A stretch of 37,700 nt of DNA, taken from positions 1-37,700 of IMG/VR virus record IMGVR_UViG_3300025764_000010; one strand, given 5' to 3'. Origin of the DNA: a virus (lineage: Duplodnaviria > Caudoviricetes). The notes under the pieces were generated by a model. That model saw only the letters and a program-made list of their open reading frames with translations. It did not search any database and was not told where the DNA came from. This document shows, one piece after another, positions 9,194 to 18,159 of this stretch. A program made the position numbers and the translations under genes. Positions within the stretch are counted from its first letter, which is position 1. Each line of letters begins with the position of its first letter.

Positions 9194-10701
9194 CCACGGT
9201 TACAGTTGATGGTGACGGATCCGGAGATTATAACTGTACGGGGGTCGATGACCAAAATGTAATTAATTCTGCGTTGGAGTGGGCTTATACAGACGGTATT
9301 GATTCAGATCCGTCAACTGTGTATTTAAATGGTCCGTGTTCGTATTTAATATCAAATCAATTATATTTCGGGTCCAATACAATTCTCACGGGTGATCCAA
9401 CTGCGACTATTAAAGTTCAGGATTATACATGCGGAAATAACATTCCTTACGGATCACCGGGGGCATCGTGCGTTTTCCCTGATGGGAAATGTGTTATGGC
9501 ACAGATGCCTGGTACAGTCCCGTCAAATGTTGAGATATTCGGTTTTGAAATAGACGGTAACTGTCAAAATCAATATACTAAATTGGGACTCGCCCACGGG
9601 GTACCATCTTCTGCTGGCTCAGGTGTCGAGCGAATGATCGGGTTTTTTGGGTCATCGACTGGTGCAAACGTAAACGGCGTAAAAGTTCACGATATGCACT
9701 TTCGCGATGCGTTTGGCGAATCATTGATCATTAGATTTGGTAAAAATATTCAGTTTTATAATAATAAATGTGAGAACCATCAGCACGAAACAGTTTATTA
9801 TATAGGAGTTGTTGGATCTGGAAACACTATTGATAATAACACGATTCAGGGAATATCCTCAGACTGTATAAGGTGTAGCAATTCTCAGGGAATTGACATT
9901 CATCATAATAGTCTTTCTTCGTATTTAGGACCAAACAACAACGGGGCCGCGTTGCATGGCCAGAGCGGTATTCAAATATGCAACGAATCAAATAAATCAA
10001 TCCTGACTAACTCGATCAATATCCACGATAATATAATTTCAGATCAAGGACTAGCAGGTATTTGGATAGATGACCAACTACGAACAGCGGGCAACACTTC
10101 ACAGAGTGTAACTATTTATAATAACATAATAACTGGGTGTGGGTGGAGTTGCTGGGCTAATTGGGCGTCTGGTATTTCGATCGGTCCCTGGGGTAACGGT
10201 ATTACTATCGAAGCAAATACGATCGATGGTTCCTACCAGGACGGTATTCAAATTTTAAGTGCGATTTCTGCGCCTTCTGCACACATTGTCAATATCAAAT
10301 ATAATAATATAATAAATACACTCGGGAAAAGAAGCGGTTCATCGGGAAGTTCGTTAACTGATGTCGGCTATGGAATATACAGTGCGGTTCTTGACACTGT
10401 AACGATCGTAAATTCCAATAATAATTATTTTATTGGCAATCTAAAAGGAGATTATTTAGGTCAAATCAATACTATTACAGATGAACTTGTAAACGGGCAG
10501 CTGGGCTTGATGATCCCAACGAAGACCAGATATATGTTTTATAGACTTCAGGAAGCAGTTACGGGCGATACTGCTCTTATTTATCCCGCGCCAGGTGGAG
10601 AATATTATCTACTTAAACTGACTCAGAGTGTTGCGAAAGGGGATCAAATGCTTGCTATTCCTGGGGCGAAGGGGGATTTTTACGGGGTGTCAACGAACTG
10701 A
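9190..10701 (+). CDS. Right-handed beta-helix (pectin-lyase-like) protein, disaggregatase-related; probable tail-associated depolymerase
   Basis: N-terminus VDGDGSGDYNCTGVDDQNVINSAL...TVYLNGP...GSNTILTGD...IDGN resembles Methanosarcina disaggregatase-family proteins as I recall them. Many Asn-ladder coils. ATGA-coupled to the adhesin gene. Confidence 0.75.
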   Translation: MTTVTVDGDGSGDYNCTGVDDQNVINSALEWAYTDGIDSDPSTVYLNGPCSYLISNQLYFGSNTILTGDPTATIKVQDYTCGNNIPYGSPGASCVFPDGKCVMAQMPGTVPSNVEIFGFEIDGNCQNQYTKLGLAHGVPSSAGSGVERMIGFFGSSTGANVNGVKVHDMHFRDAFGESLIIRFGKNIQFYNNKCENHQHETVYYIGVVGSGNTIDNNTIQGISSDCIRCSNSQGIDIHHNSLSSYLGPNNNGAALHGQSGIQICNESNKSILTNSINIHDNIISDQGLAGIWIDDQLRTAGNTSQSVTIYNNIITGCGWSCWANWASGISIGPWGNGITIEANTIDGSYQDGIQILSAISAPSAHIVNIKYNNIINTLGKRSGSSGSSLTDVGYGIYSAVLDTVTIVNSNNNYFIGNLKGDYLGQINTITDELVNGQLGLMIPTKTRYMFYRLQEAVTGDTALIYPAPGGEYYLLKLTQSVAKGDQMLAIPGAKGDFYGVSTN

Positions 10702-10981
10702 AAAAAGAGAATTGTATGGGGTAGTTGACAATTACCCCCAGAGAAGGCCGCCAATTATCAATATTGCTGCTATCAAAACTACATCCCATTTGTCCATATT
10801 ATCACTCATTGCATTTTTAAAGCACTTTTGGAAGTAGATATTTTCTCCACACATCATCATTTAATTGTTTTTCGTCTGTATCTTTCTGATCGTCTTTGGA
10901 TCCGATACTAATACCCGCTCTATTGAAATAATATATTATTGATATTCGTTGACACATTATATTTCCTCGTTTCCTTAGGAA

Positions 10982-11557
10982 TCAAGCCGTTCCTGCTTTC
11001 GCCTGCATTAATGCGGTGGCTCTGTTTAGATGTCCAGAACCAGAATTACAGAGTGCTATTACTTTATTCAAATTTTCGGAATTTGTTTTTCCTATTTTTC
11101 CGTCATCTGCGACCAAGACAATATATTTTCCAGCTGAGTTGTAGTCCTTAAGAGCTAACACCCACTCCTTCTGTGCATCCTGATACTTAGGCGAGATACT
11201 GTATTGGTCATTCTCATCTAGTACCCTCTGTGTATCATCAATCATATTTTGTCCGTCAAGGCCAAGTGTGGTAAAATCAAGATTCTTGCCTGCACTTCCC
11301 GCATTTGCCAAATCTGTGCCTATTAATGGTGCGCTTCTGTGGATATATAGACCCCACGCAGCGTCCTGGTATACAGGCTGTGCGGGTGTAGGCGTTACGT
11401 CTGGTGTGGGTGCAGGAGTTACAACCGGATCCGCCGCTGTGGGAGTTGACTGAACTGCGTCGCCTGCTGAAACATTCTTACTTTCTGTATTGTTCCCGAT
11501 ACAGCCAAACAATAGAAATACCAAAATTAAAACAATTAATATAGTAATCTTTTTCAT
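10982..11557 (-). CDS. Secreted/lipoprotein-like protein with Pro/Thr linker
   Basis: MKK plus hydrophobic stretch plus FGC lipobox-like Cys; TPAPTP linker. Confidence 0.7.
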   Translation of the reverse strand: MKKITILIVLILVFLLFGCIGNNTESKNVSAGDAVQSTPTAADPVVTPAPTPDVTPTPAQPVYQDAAWGLYIHRSAPLIGTDLANAGSAGKNLDFTTLGLDGQNMIDDTQRVLDENDQYSISPKYQDAQKEWVLALKDYNSAGKYIVLVADDGKIGKTNSENLNKVIALCNSGSGHLNRATALMQAKAGTA

Positions 11558-11576
11558 GATAAACAACTCCTTCTAT

Positions 11577-11756
11577 TTATTTTCTCAACACGAGGATTAT
11601 AACTTTCTTGCCTTCAAATTCAGACCCGGCATAGGCTATTCCACCTGATTTTATTATAGTTGGAATTTCTGCTTCTATTTCTTTTCTAGGAAATGTTAGG
11701 ACTCCGTGGTCTTCGACTGTATACCGGAGTATTGCATTTGTTCTTGGTCGAGGCAT
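11577..11756 (-). CDS. Small 59-aa protein, possibly DUF2080/AbrB-like; not in ORF track
   Basis: MPRPRTNAILRY...SGGIAYAGSEFEGKKVIILVLRK. GGAG RBS. Fits exactly between its neighbours. Confidence 0.55.
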   Translation of the reverse strand: MPRPRTNAILRYTVEDHGVLTFPRKEIEAEIPTIIKSGGIAYAGSEFEGKKVIILVLRK

Positions 11757-11764
11757 TTAAACTC

Positions 11765-11947
11765 CTAATCTGGGTATTTCTCGAGATATTCTCGGTACTT
11801 TGAGTATACTGCGACTTTTGTCGTTACTGACTGGTGTCCGTTCTGATGACAGGAAACCGAGCCGTCGGTTTCAAGAATTGCACTGATACCCCGGTTCTTC
11901 AGGTCTCTAAACAAGTTCTGTAACCACTGTTCATAACTAAAAGGCAT
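11765..11947 (-). CDS. Hypothetical protein
   Basis: GAGGAG upstream; downstream of the conserved promoter at 12003-12048. Confidence 0.6.
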   Translation of the reverse strand: MPFSYEQWLQNLFRDLKNRGISAILETDGSVSCHQNGHQSVTTKVAVYSKYREYLEKYPD

Positions 11948-12002
11948 TTGTCTTCTCTCCTCTTCTGCAACTGTCCCTACTTTTCTTTTTCTCCTTTTTC
12001 TT

Positions 12003-12048
12003 TCAGTACATAGTATAGTCTTTTATACTATAAATAGTTATCTACAAT
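12003..12048 (-). promoter_or_regulatory. Conserved archaeal-type promoter, copy A
   Basis: Reverse complement matches 21436-21481 at 38/46 positions (ATTGTAGAwAACT-TATA-...CTATACTATGTACTGA). Confidence 0.7.
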
Positions 12049-12099
12049 ATAATGTGTAAAAATTACGGTATGAAGGCAGAAAGCCCAATTGCTTTAGCG

Positions 12100-12477
12100 T
12101 TATTCATTAGCATTAGTCCGAGTGGCTGTATTCCAAGCATCTACTGCACTCCACATCCATAATAAAGGGATCATTAACCAACCTAATATTGGTATCCAGA
12201 GACAAATAGACATCGCAATAATAATAGCGACTCCTTTCTCCTTTTTTCCTACATAAATTAGCCCTAACCCAGGCACTATTGACAAGAAAAAAGCCAAAAA
12301 CGGACTTTTATATGGCATGTCCTTCTCTTTTTTATCGCACGTTGGACAGTTACCGTTTATTAAAAATGACGTGTAAAACTTTTGATAACAACTTTTGCAT
12401 TTTTGTTTAGGCTGTTGTAATCCACATTTTGGACAAGAATCAGTTTCGATTTCGGTGTTACATGCACTACATTTCAC
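12100..12477 (-). CDS. Zinc-ribbon plus TM2-like membrane protein
   Basis: Four CxxC pairs, then KSPFLAFFLSIVPGLGLIYVG (TM2-like) and further hydrophobic helices. Confidence 0.75.
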   Translation of the reverse strand: MKCSACNTEIETDSCPKCGLQQPKQKCKSCYQKFYTSFLINGNCPTCDKKEKDMPYKSPFLAFFLSIVPGLGLIYVGKKEKGVAIIIAMSICLWIPILGWLMIPLLWMWSAVDAWNTATRTNANE

Positions 12478-12482
12478 GATTT

Positions 12483-12734
12483 TCAGCTCCTTTTAAAGAG
12501 AGAGTTATATTCTCTCCTGAAATCTTCTACTGTTCTGACAATTGGCACTTTTCCAGGCCAGCTTATCTTTACCATTCCAAGCAGAAGTTCAAATTCTGCG
12601 CCTTTTGCTTCAAAGGTTCTGATCCCATTAAGGAACCATTCTGAGAATTCAGGGATTGTCTGTTTTTGTGGGTTCTTATTCCACATTCTGTGTTGAACAC
12701 TTATATTTTGTTTCTGTGCTGTTCCCATTTTCAT
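12483..12734 (-). CDS. Hypothetical protein
   Basis: AGGAG RBS; first gene of a leftward unit. Confidence 0.6.
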   Translation of the reverse strand: MKMGTAQKQNISVQHRMWNKNPQKQTIPEFSEWFLNGIRTFEAKGAEFELLLGMVKISWPGKVPIVRTVEDFRREYNSLFKRS

Positions 12735-12796
12735 ATTTGTTGCGCTCCTAATCCTTTGCTATATAATATACTAGGCATTGATAGTATATATAGTTA

Positions 12797-12829
12797 CTTA
12801 CTTAGTTACCACACTAGCTTACTTAGTTA
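12797..12829. promoter_or_regulatory. Direct-repeat operator CTTACTTAGTTA x2 in a divergent promoter region
   Basis: Exact 12-mers at 12797 and 12818 (21-bp spacing), adjacent to TTTATATA at 12832. Confidence 0.55.
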
Positions 12830-12880
12830 AATTTATATATTATGCGTACCTATATATCGTAACTGAACGAAGGAGAATTC

Positions 12881-13021
12881 ATGAAGACAATAAATGTAAC
12901 ATTTGACGACGACGAAATTAATTCGTTAAACTCTAAAAAAGACGAATCCGGCGCAAAAAACTGGCATGATTTCATTTTATTCTCTGCCGGAGTGATAAAA
13001 AAAAAGGACCTGAAAAAATGA
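12881..13021 (+). CDS. Small RHH-like DNA-binding protein (46 aa), not in ORF track
   Basis: MKTINVTFDDDEINSLNSKKDESGAKNWHDFIL shows an N-terminal beta-strand and two helices. AAGGAG RBS. Confidence 0.65.
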   Translation: MKTINVTFDDDEINSLNSKKDESGAKNWHDFILFSAGVIKKKDLKK

Positions 13022-13110
13022 CAAGAGTGTAAAAAGTGAGATCAGTTAAAACTATTTAACTCTATAAACAGGATTATAAACAGCTATTGCATTGAATAAG
13101 AAGGTTTATT

Positions 13111-14325
13111 ATGAAACGAATATTCACAAATCTGGCCATTGTCTTTGCCATGCTTGCGATAATAGGTGTAGTCGCAGCAGGTAGCCAGGACAGCGGAAAC
13201 TCAACTCTAATCAACACCACGAATAATGTGGATACTATGCCTCCTGGTAACTGGACCAGTAACATATCAGACACGACTAACAATACTGATAACGTAACGA
13301 ATGAGACAAATGTAACCAATGTGACAAATGGGACGAATGCCACTAATGCAACGGTTCCTCTGACAAATTCAATATATATCAGTGTTTTGGATGTTGGCGC
13401 GCCTGGTGAAACTGCAAATCAAGAATATGTAAAAATTGCAAATAAAGGAACATCAGCAATAAACCTGAATGGCTGGACAATTAAAGACGCCGACGCAGAA
13501 CATACCTATCTTTTCCCGTCTTACACCTTGAACGCTAAATCTATCGTGACTCTACGCAGTGGATCGGGCACAAATACTGCAAATACGCTGTATTGGAATA
13601 AGTGGTCATTTATCTGGAACAACAACGGGGATACAGCATATTTGTATAATTCTCAAGGAAAATTAGTTTCTTCTAGAGAGACCAATGGAACCAATGTCAC
13701 AAATGGAACCAATGTCACAAATGGAACCAATGTCACAAATGGAACCAATGGAACCAATGTCACAAATGGAACCAATGGCACTAATGCAACAGTTACTCCG
13801 AAACCGACACCTGGCACAGTTATTCCAAAGCCGGTCAACAATGCAACAGTTACTCCGAAACCGATACCTGGCACAGTTATTCCAAAGCCGGTCAACAATG
13901 CAACAGTTACTCCGAAACCGATACCTGGCAAACTTACAATCCCTCTAGCCAATAACGGAGGTAAAATACAGACACCTCCTGTCAACAACGGAGAAGTAAA
14001 GTACGCTAACACAAACAACGAAGGAGTTCAGATTACAGCACTCCACCCATTAAGTGAAGGAGTCGAATACGTGTGTATAACCAATTACAATGATTTCACT
14101 GCACATATTGAAGGCTTCAAGATACATGAAATGGCATGCAATAACACAATTACATTTAAAGACATTGATATTCTCCCCGGCCACACATTGAAAGTATACA
14201 CCGGCAGTCATCCCGATGGGCCCGATGTAGTGGGGACGCACAAATTGCACCATATATATAACCAACACGACACGGTTGAATTAATCTGCGCATGTGAAAA
14301 TATGATCTCGACTTTTGAAATGTAA
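13111..14325 (+). CDS. Secreted glycoprotein with two lamin-tail (LTD) domains
   Basis: Signal peptide. LTD motifs EYVKIANKG..INLNGWTIKD and IWNNNGDTAYLYNSQG. Second LTD at EYVCITN...HDTVEL. Dense NxT sequons. Confidence 0.85.
   Translation: MKRIFTNLAIVFAMLAIIGVVAAGSQDSGNSTLINTTNNVDTMPPGNWTSNISDTTNNTDNVTNETNVTNVTNGTNATNATVPLTNSIYISVLDVGAPGETANQEYVKIANKGTSAINLNGWTIKDADAEHTYLFPSYTLNAKSIVTLRSGSGTNTANTLYWNKWSFIWNNNGDTAYLYNSQGKLVSSRETNGTNVTNGTNVTNGTNVTNGTNGTNVTNGTNGTNATVTPKPTPGTVIPKPVNNATVTPKPIPGTVIPKPVNNATVTPKPIPGKLTIPLANNGGKIQTPPVNNGEVKYANTNNEGVQITALHPLSEGVEYVCITNYNDFTAHIEGFKIHEMACNNTITFKDIDILPGHTLKVYTGSHPDGPDVVGTHKLHHIYNQHDTVELICACENMISTFEM
13681..13930 (+). repeat. Coding repeats: 18-bp ACCAATGTCACAAATGGA (TNVTNG) units and 57-bp (19-aa) Pro-rich units
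   Basis: 18-mers at 13690, 13708, 13726 and 13753. 57-bp units start at 13783, 13840 and 13897. Confidence 0.9.
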
Positions 14326-14336
14326 AAGGTGAAAAT

Positions 14337-14996
14337 GTGACATCAAAAACCCGGATATTTAAATTAATGGTCATAACGCTTTTGGTTATTTTAACTGGAT
14401 GCATGGCCGCAGAAGCAGGGAATAATAGGCAATCAGTAGTAGACGAGGCATATTACTCGTATTCTGGAGTTCATGGGTCTTCATTATCCAGCCCAGTAAC
14501 CTGGAACTACTTGTTAAGTAACGTTGGAGCGTATTGGCATACGAGAGATTATTGGACAGGTCGATATCCCGTTGCCGGTACTATGACAAATGCAAAGGAC
14601 CCCATACTAAGGAACTACTTCATAAGCGGAAACATACCAGCATACGGTCGTTATGGCGGATCCCTGAGGGGAGCACAATGCAAATATTTTGCCAACCTGG
14701 TATTATACCGAGCAGGAGTATCTAACGTTGATCCGATGCCAACCTACAACACCATGCAGGCAAACAGTAAAGCCGGAAATTATGCCAAAGCAGGAGACGT
14801 ACTCTTTATAAATGCATACCACACCGCGATAGTGACAAAAGTTACGGGAAGTTCTAGCGTTGGAACGGTTACTTCAGCCGAAGTGATTGATTCAAACTGG
14901 GTCGGTGGAACTGGTAATGAAATGATAGGAAAGCACACCTTGAGTGGATTAACATCATGGAGGGTATGGAAAGGAGTATCGTATTATAACACCTAA
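14337..14996 (+). CDS. Secreted CHAP/NlpC-P60-like cysteine hydrolase
   Basis: Signal peptide; AQCKYFA (Cys), KAGDVLF...YHTAIV (His) and VIDSNW motifs in CHAP order. Confidence 0.65.
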   Translation: MTSKTRIFKLMVITLLVILTGCMAAEAGNNRQSVVDEAYYSYSGVHGSSLSSPVTWNYLLSNVGAYWHTRDYWTGRYPVAGTMTNAKDPILRNYFISGNIPAYGRYGGSLRGAQCKYFANLVLYRAGVSNVDPMPTYNTMQANSKAGNYAKAGDVLFINAYHTAIVTKVTGSSSVGTVTSAEVIDSNWVGGTGNEMIGKHTLSGLTSWRVWKGVSYYNT

Positions 14997-15004
14997 TTTC
15001 AAAA

Positions 15005-15024
15005 CTTCTTTTTTTCTTTTTTTT
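15005..15024 (+). terminator. Oligo-T archaeal terminator
   Basis: T-tracts immediately after the stop at 14996. Similar tracts near 15450, 20715, 21415, 22490 and 24288. Confidence 0.6.
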
Positions 15025-15082
15025 CCGTGAAAATTTCAAAGTTCGATTATTAATCTTTAAGAGCAAAAAGGAGCTATAAAAC

Positions 15083-15205
15083 ATGGGACTTGTTAAACAT
15101 ATTGGAATTGTTATTTTAGCTATTGTTGGACTGTGTTTGATGGGGGGATACACTGGGTTAAGTCGAATATATACAATTTTGTACAAATATGTTCATCATA
15201 GGTAA
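15083..15205 (+). CDS. Small single-TM protein (40 aa)
   Basis: AAGGAG RBS; MGLVKHIGIVILAIVGLCLMGG. Confidence 0.45.
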   Translation: MGLVKHIGIVILAIVGLCLMGGYTGLSRIYTILYKYVHHR

Positions 15206-15267
15206 AAGAGGATATTGATTTCAGGGAATTAGTCACTCAATTTGGAAATGTTTAAAGAAGAGGTTTG

Positions 15268-15429
15268 ATGTCCTGCCCATACTCCCCATCCTCTAAAAAA
15301 TTAGTGAAATGTGAGCTATATAAAGAAAATTCTGCTGGTTGCAACGGATCAGATGATCCCGATTTTTGCGGAAAATTCCGAACGTTGGAAGAGTATTTGA
15401 TGCCGCTCGGCCCCGTTTATCACAAATAG
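15268..15429 (+). CDS. Small Cys-containing protein (53 aa)
   Basis: GAGGT RBS; MSCPYSPSSKKLVKC...GC...FCGKFR; followed by a T-rich terminator. Confidence 0.5.
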   Translation: MSCPYSPSSKKLVKCELYKENSAGCNGSDDPDFCGKFRTLEEYLMPLGPVYHK

Positions 15430-15492
15430 CCAAAGCCTCTTGGCTTCCGGTTTTTCTTCTTTTTTAATTTTACACAGTTCGAACTCCCCGCC

Positions 15493-15534
15493 CTTGTTTC
15501 CATTGTTAACACTGTGAACAATGATATAATATTA
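15493..15534 (+). promoter_or_regulatory. Palindromic operator plus AT box upstream of the putative lysis cassette
   Basis: cttgtttcCATTGTTaacactgtgAACAATGatataatatta; near-identical to 35470-35511. Confidence 0.75.
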
Positions 15535-15578
15535 CAACATTAATAGAATGATCACGACCCTGAGAAAACAGGGTTATC

Positions 15579-16814
15579 ATGAAAATAATGGAGACGAATA
15601 TGTCAACTCTAGACCTGGCCCCAATTACAAATGGACATCAAACGATTTCGAAAAATATACAGGATGCACTATCATTGGTGGGTGAAAATCAAAGATATGA
15701 GGCACTCCATCTGGCAGCAGGAAACTATCTAATAGATGATTCAATCAAAAAATGTGCTTATAGTATCTTCGGAATAAATTCCGGCTCTGATATTTCCGGA
15801 TGCCAAGACGAAAACGGACACCCTACTACTTTTTTTCAACTGATGCAAGATGCGCCGGTTAAACCATTTGGATGCGACATTGCTGTTTTTGGACCGACAG
15901 AGACCATCGGGGAAAATATAACATTTTCAAATATCGCATATGATGGAAACTGTACCTCCGTCGGTGGGAAACAAAAATACCTGAAAGCGATTACCTGTCC
16001 TGGGAATCATGTTTTGGCAGGAAAAGAGACCGGAAAGAGTTGTCATAATTTCATATCCGCGGTCAGGGCATCGTTTAAAGATTGCGAATTTGGGAATATC
16101 CACGTTTCGAATACAGCAGGTGATGCCTTCCGAACAACCCAGTGGCTGAAGAGTTCGGGGCTTAATATACATGATTGGGTAATTAACCTATGCGGGCACA
16201 GTGGAGTTCTTTTAGAAAATACAACCGACTCTATAGTCGAGAATATCAAGGTCGTTACGAGGGCTAATGGGGCGTTCAGGTGCCAGAATGGATGTTCGGA
16301 TCTGGAAATTAAGAACATCCGTGCAATTGGAACCTCTTTGAATTACAATAGCGGTTTTCAAGTCAGTGGTAATGATCTAAAAATATCAAACTGTACCGTC
16401 GATAGTATGATGGGTTGCGGGATTGAGGTAATTGGACTCGATAATACGGGGATTGAAATTTCAGACTGTGAACTACTGAATAACGGTAGCTTTGCTCTTA
16501 CTAATGATTATGGAGTCGCAGGAATTCTAGTAAATGGTGCTAACGTCCTGATAAAAAACTGTCTTTTTAACGGGAATTATCAGAATGCAATCTCTACCGG
16601 AATATATAGTCCGGACGGAAAACGGTTTACAAAATCTGGATTCGTTATTACAACTGAAAATAATACAATTATTGACACAAAACCGTCTAAGTTTCCAGCA
16701 ACTGGAAATGGGAAGCATATCGCCAACGTCCTGTCTGGACATACGATTACATCTAAAAATAATAGTTTCCTTCCGGAAAAGAACTTTACTTATAATGTTA
16801 AGTTTGTCGATTAA
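15579..16814 (+). CDS. Right-handed beta-helix protein; putative endolysin-like polysaccharide lyase/hydrolase
   Basis: IQDALSLV...LHLAAGNYLID, ITFSNIAYDGN and repeated Asn/Ile coils. No signal peptide. Upstream of small membrane proteins. Confidence 0.7.
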   Translation: MKIMETNMSTLDLAPITNGHQTISKNIQDALSLVGENQRYEALHLAAGNYLIDDSIKKCAYSIFGINSGSDISGCQDENGHPTTFFQLMQDAPVKPFGCDIAVFGPTETIGENITFSNIAYDGNCTSVGGKQKYLKAITCPGNHVLAGKETGKSCHNFISAVRASFKDCEFGNIHVSNTAGDAFRTTQWLKSSGLNIHDWVINLCGHSGVLLENTTDSIVENIKVVTRANGAFRCQNGCSDLEIKNIRAIGTSLNYNSGFQVSGNDLKISNCTVDSMMGCGIEVIGLDNTGIEISDCELLNNGSFALTNDYGVAGILVNGANVLIKNCLFNGNYQNAISTGIYSPDGKRFTKSGFVITTENNTIIDTKPSKFPATGNGKHIANVLSGHTITSKNNSFLPEKNFTYNVKFVD

Positions 16815-16859
16815 TTACGTCAATGTTTCAAATTTTTTCATCTCTTTGAACCCCGATAA

Positions 16860-17162
16860 ATCCCGCAGCCCCCTACTACCGGAACTGGAACTGTAACCGG
16901 AATATTTATTGACAACGCAACCGGTGCGCCCATCGTAGGCGCAGAAGTACCGATAATTGATGCAAACGGAAACACGGTGACTAGTGTCACTGACGGAAAC
17001 GGAAATTTTCAAATTGAACTGCCAGCTGGTGAAAATAAAGTGAATTATATTACTTTCAATGGATCCACAATCAACATTGACGAAATCGTCTTCAGTGTCA
17101 GTATTGGAGAAATGTACGATATCGGGACTGTCGGAGTCGATAGGGTTTTATCAAGGCGGTAA
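16860..17162 (+). pseudogene. Carboxypeptidase-regulatory-like (beta-sandwich) domain without a canonical start
   Basis: GTVTGIFIDNATGAPIVGAEVPI...VTDGNGNFQIELPAG begins upstream of the GTG at 16977. In-frame TAA at 16857. Confidence 0.55.
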
Positions 17163-17163
17163 A

Positions 17164-17343
17164 ATGTGTCAGACTCACGCACGGTTTGAGATTGAAAAAC
17201 AGCAACATGAGATCGTAACAATCTCTTTGGAAAAACGCTGTCGGGTGTGTGATGATCTGGAAATCGACAATGATTTTTCCCTGTTCGGTAGATGTCCTAA
17301 AACAGGAAAGCTACACGCTTTTGATCACATTTGTATATTATGA
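17164..17343 (+). CDS. Small Cys/His (Zn-binding?) protein
   Basis: CRVC...RC...HIC; ATG just after the previous stop. Confidence 0.55.
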   Translation: MCQTHARFEIEKQQHEIVTISLEKRCRVCDDLEIDNDFSLFGRCPKTGKLHAFDHICIL

Positions 17344-17372
17344 TTGTCAAAAAATAAAAAGAGGCAATAATT

Positions 17373-17720
17373 ATGGCGATTAATTTTGTAGTATTGAACG
17401 AATGGCTGACGTTTTTTATTGGCGCGCTGGTCGCCATCTTGACGGCATATACAACCATGCGGGCACAGGGGAAAATCACATATCCCGTGGCTTGGGTTGA
17501 AGCAGGAAAGGCAAAAATTGCTGATGGAGAAGAACAGATAAAAAAACTCACTGAGAACTGCACAATCGCTCAAGATGTTCTGGCAGTTACGGGTAACATA
17601 TCAGCTCAAGAATTGGGGTCAATCCTGACAGTTGCGGAAAAGTACTCAGTCGATGGATTCACCGCACTGGAAGCGCAGAATATCGGGATAATGCTAGTCG
17701 AAGCTGCAAAAAGCAAGTAA
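17373..17720 (+). CDS. N-terminal TM protein, holin-like candidate 1
   Basis: Single hydrophobic helix (WLTFFIGALVAILTAY); GAGG RBS; context. Confidence 0.55.
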   Translation: MAINFVVLNEWLTFFIGALVAILTAYTTMRAQGKITYPVAWVEAGKAKIADGEEQIKKLTENCTIAQDVLAVTGNISAQELGSILTVAEKYSVDGFTALEAQNIGIMLVEAAKSK

Positions 17721-17730
17721 GAGATGAAAA

Positions 17731-18159
17731 ATGACTGATGTCACAATCGATATCGAGGCCATTGGCTCCGTTATTGCCGGGATAGTATCTATTCTCGTTG
17801 CGATTTTTGGGTACCTCAAAACCAAAGGTTATATTGAGATTTGGAGGTCAAAACTCGCAATTCCAGCCGACGTTTCTATGGAACTCACGAAACATAATGG
17901 GGATGCACTTGCAAAACTTCAACTGTCTGATGAAATTATTGATATTTTACAGACACACGCATCGGATGACACGGGGATGATTGACCCGAGCAAACTTGTT
18001 AAAGTTCTGGATAATTATCAACGCATCCACGAACTAGTGACAATGAAACGTCTAATGACCGTGAACGAACAGAATGAAGTATGCGGGATAGTGTTTCAGA
18101 TTTTGGGGGATCACGGGACCACTGAAGAAACCGGATCTGATTTAAAAATACATAAATGA
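17731..18159 (+). CDS. N-terminal TM protein, holin-like candidate 2
   Basis: AIGSVIAGIVSILVAIFGYL followed by basic residues; context. Confidence 0.55.
   Translation: MTDVTIDIEAIGSVIAGIVSILVAIFGYLKTKGYIEIWRSKLAIPADVSMELTKHNGDALAKLQLSDEIIDILQTHASDDTGMIDPSKLVKVLDNYQRIHELVTMKRLMTVNEQNEVCGIVFQILGDHGTTEETGSDLKIHK

Noticed and set aside
2945-10701. Diversity-generating retroelement targeting the adhesin
   Set aside because: No reverse transcriptase in the window. I saw no adenine-specific template/variable repeat pair; the internal repeats are in-frame domain duplications.
10730-10960. Small minus-strand ORFs after the lipoprotein gene
   Set aside because: Several short competing frames; none could be chosen with support.
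13653-14018. Alternative-frame and antisense ORFs (also 598-960, 24504-24701, 26446-26871, 30300-30725 and similar)
   Set aside because: They are shadows of repeats or of well-supported genes on the other strand, with no recognisable motifs.
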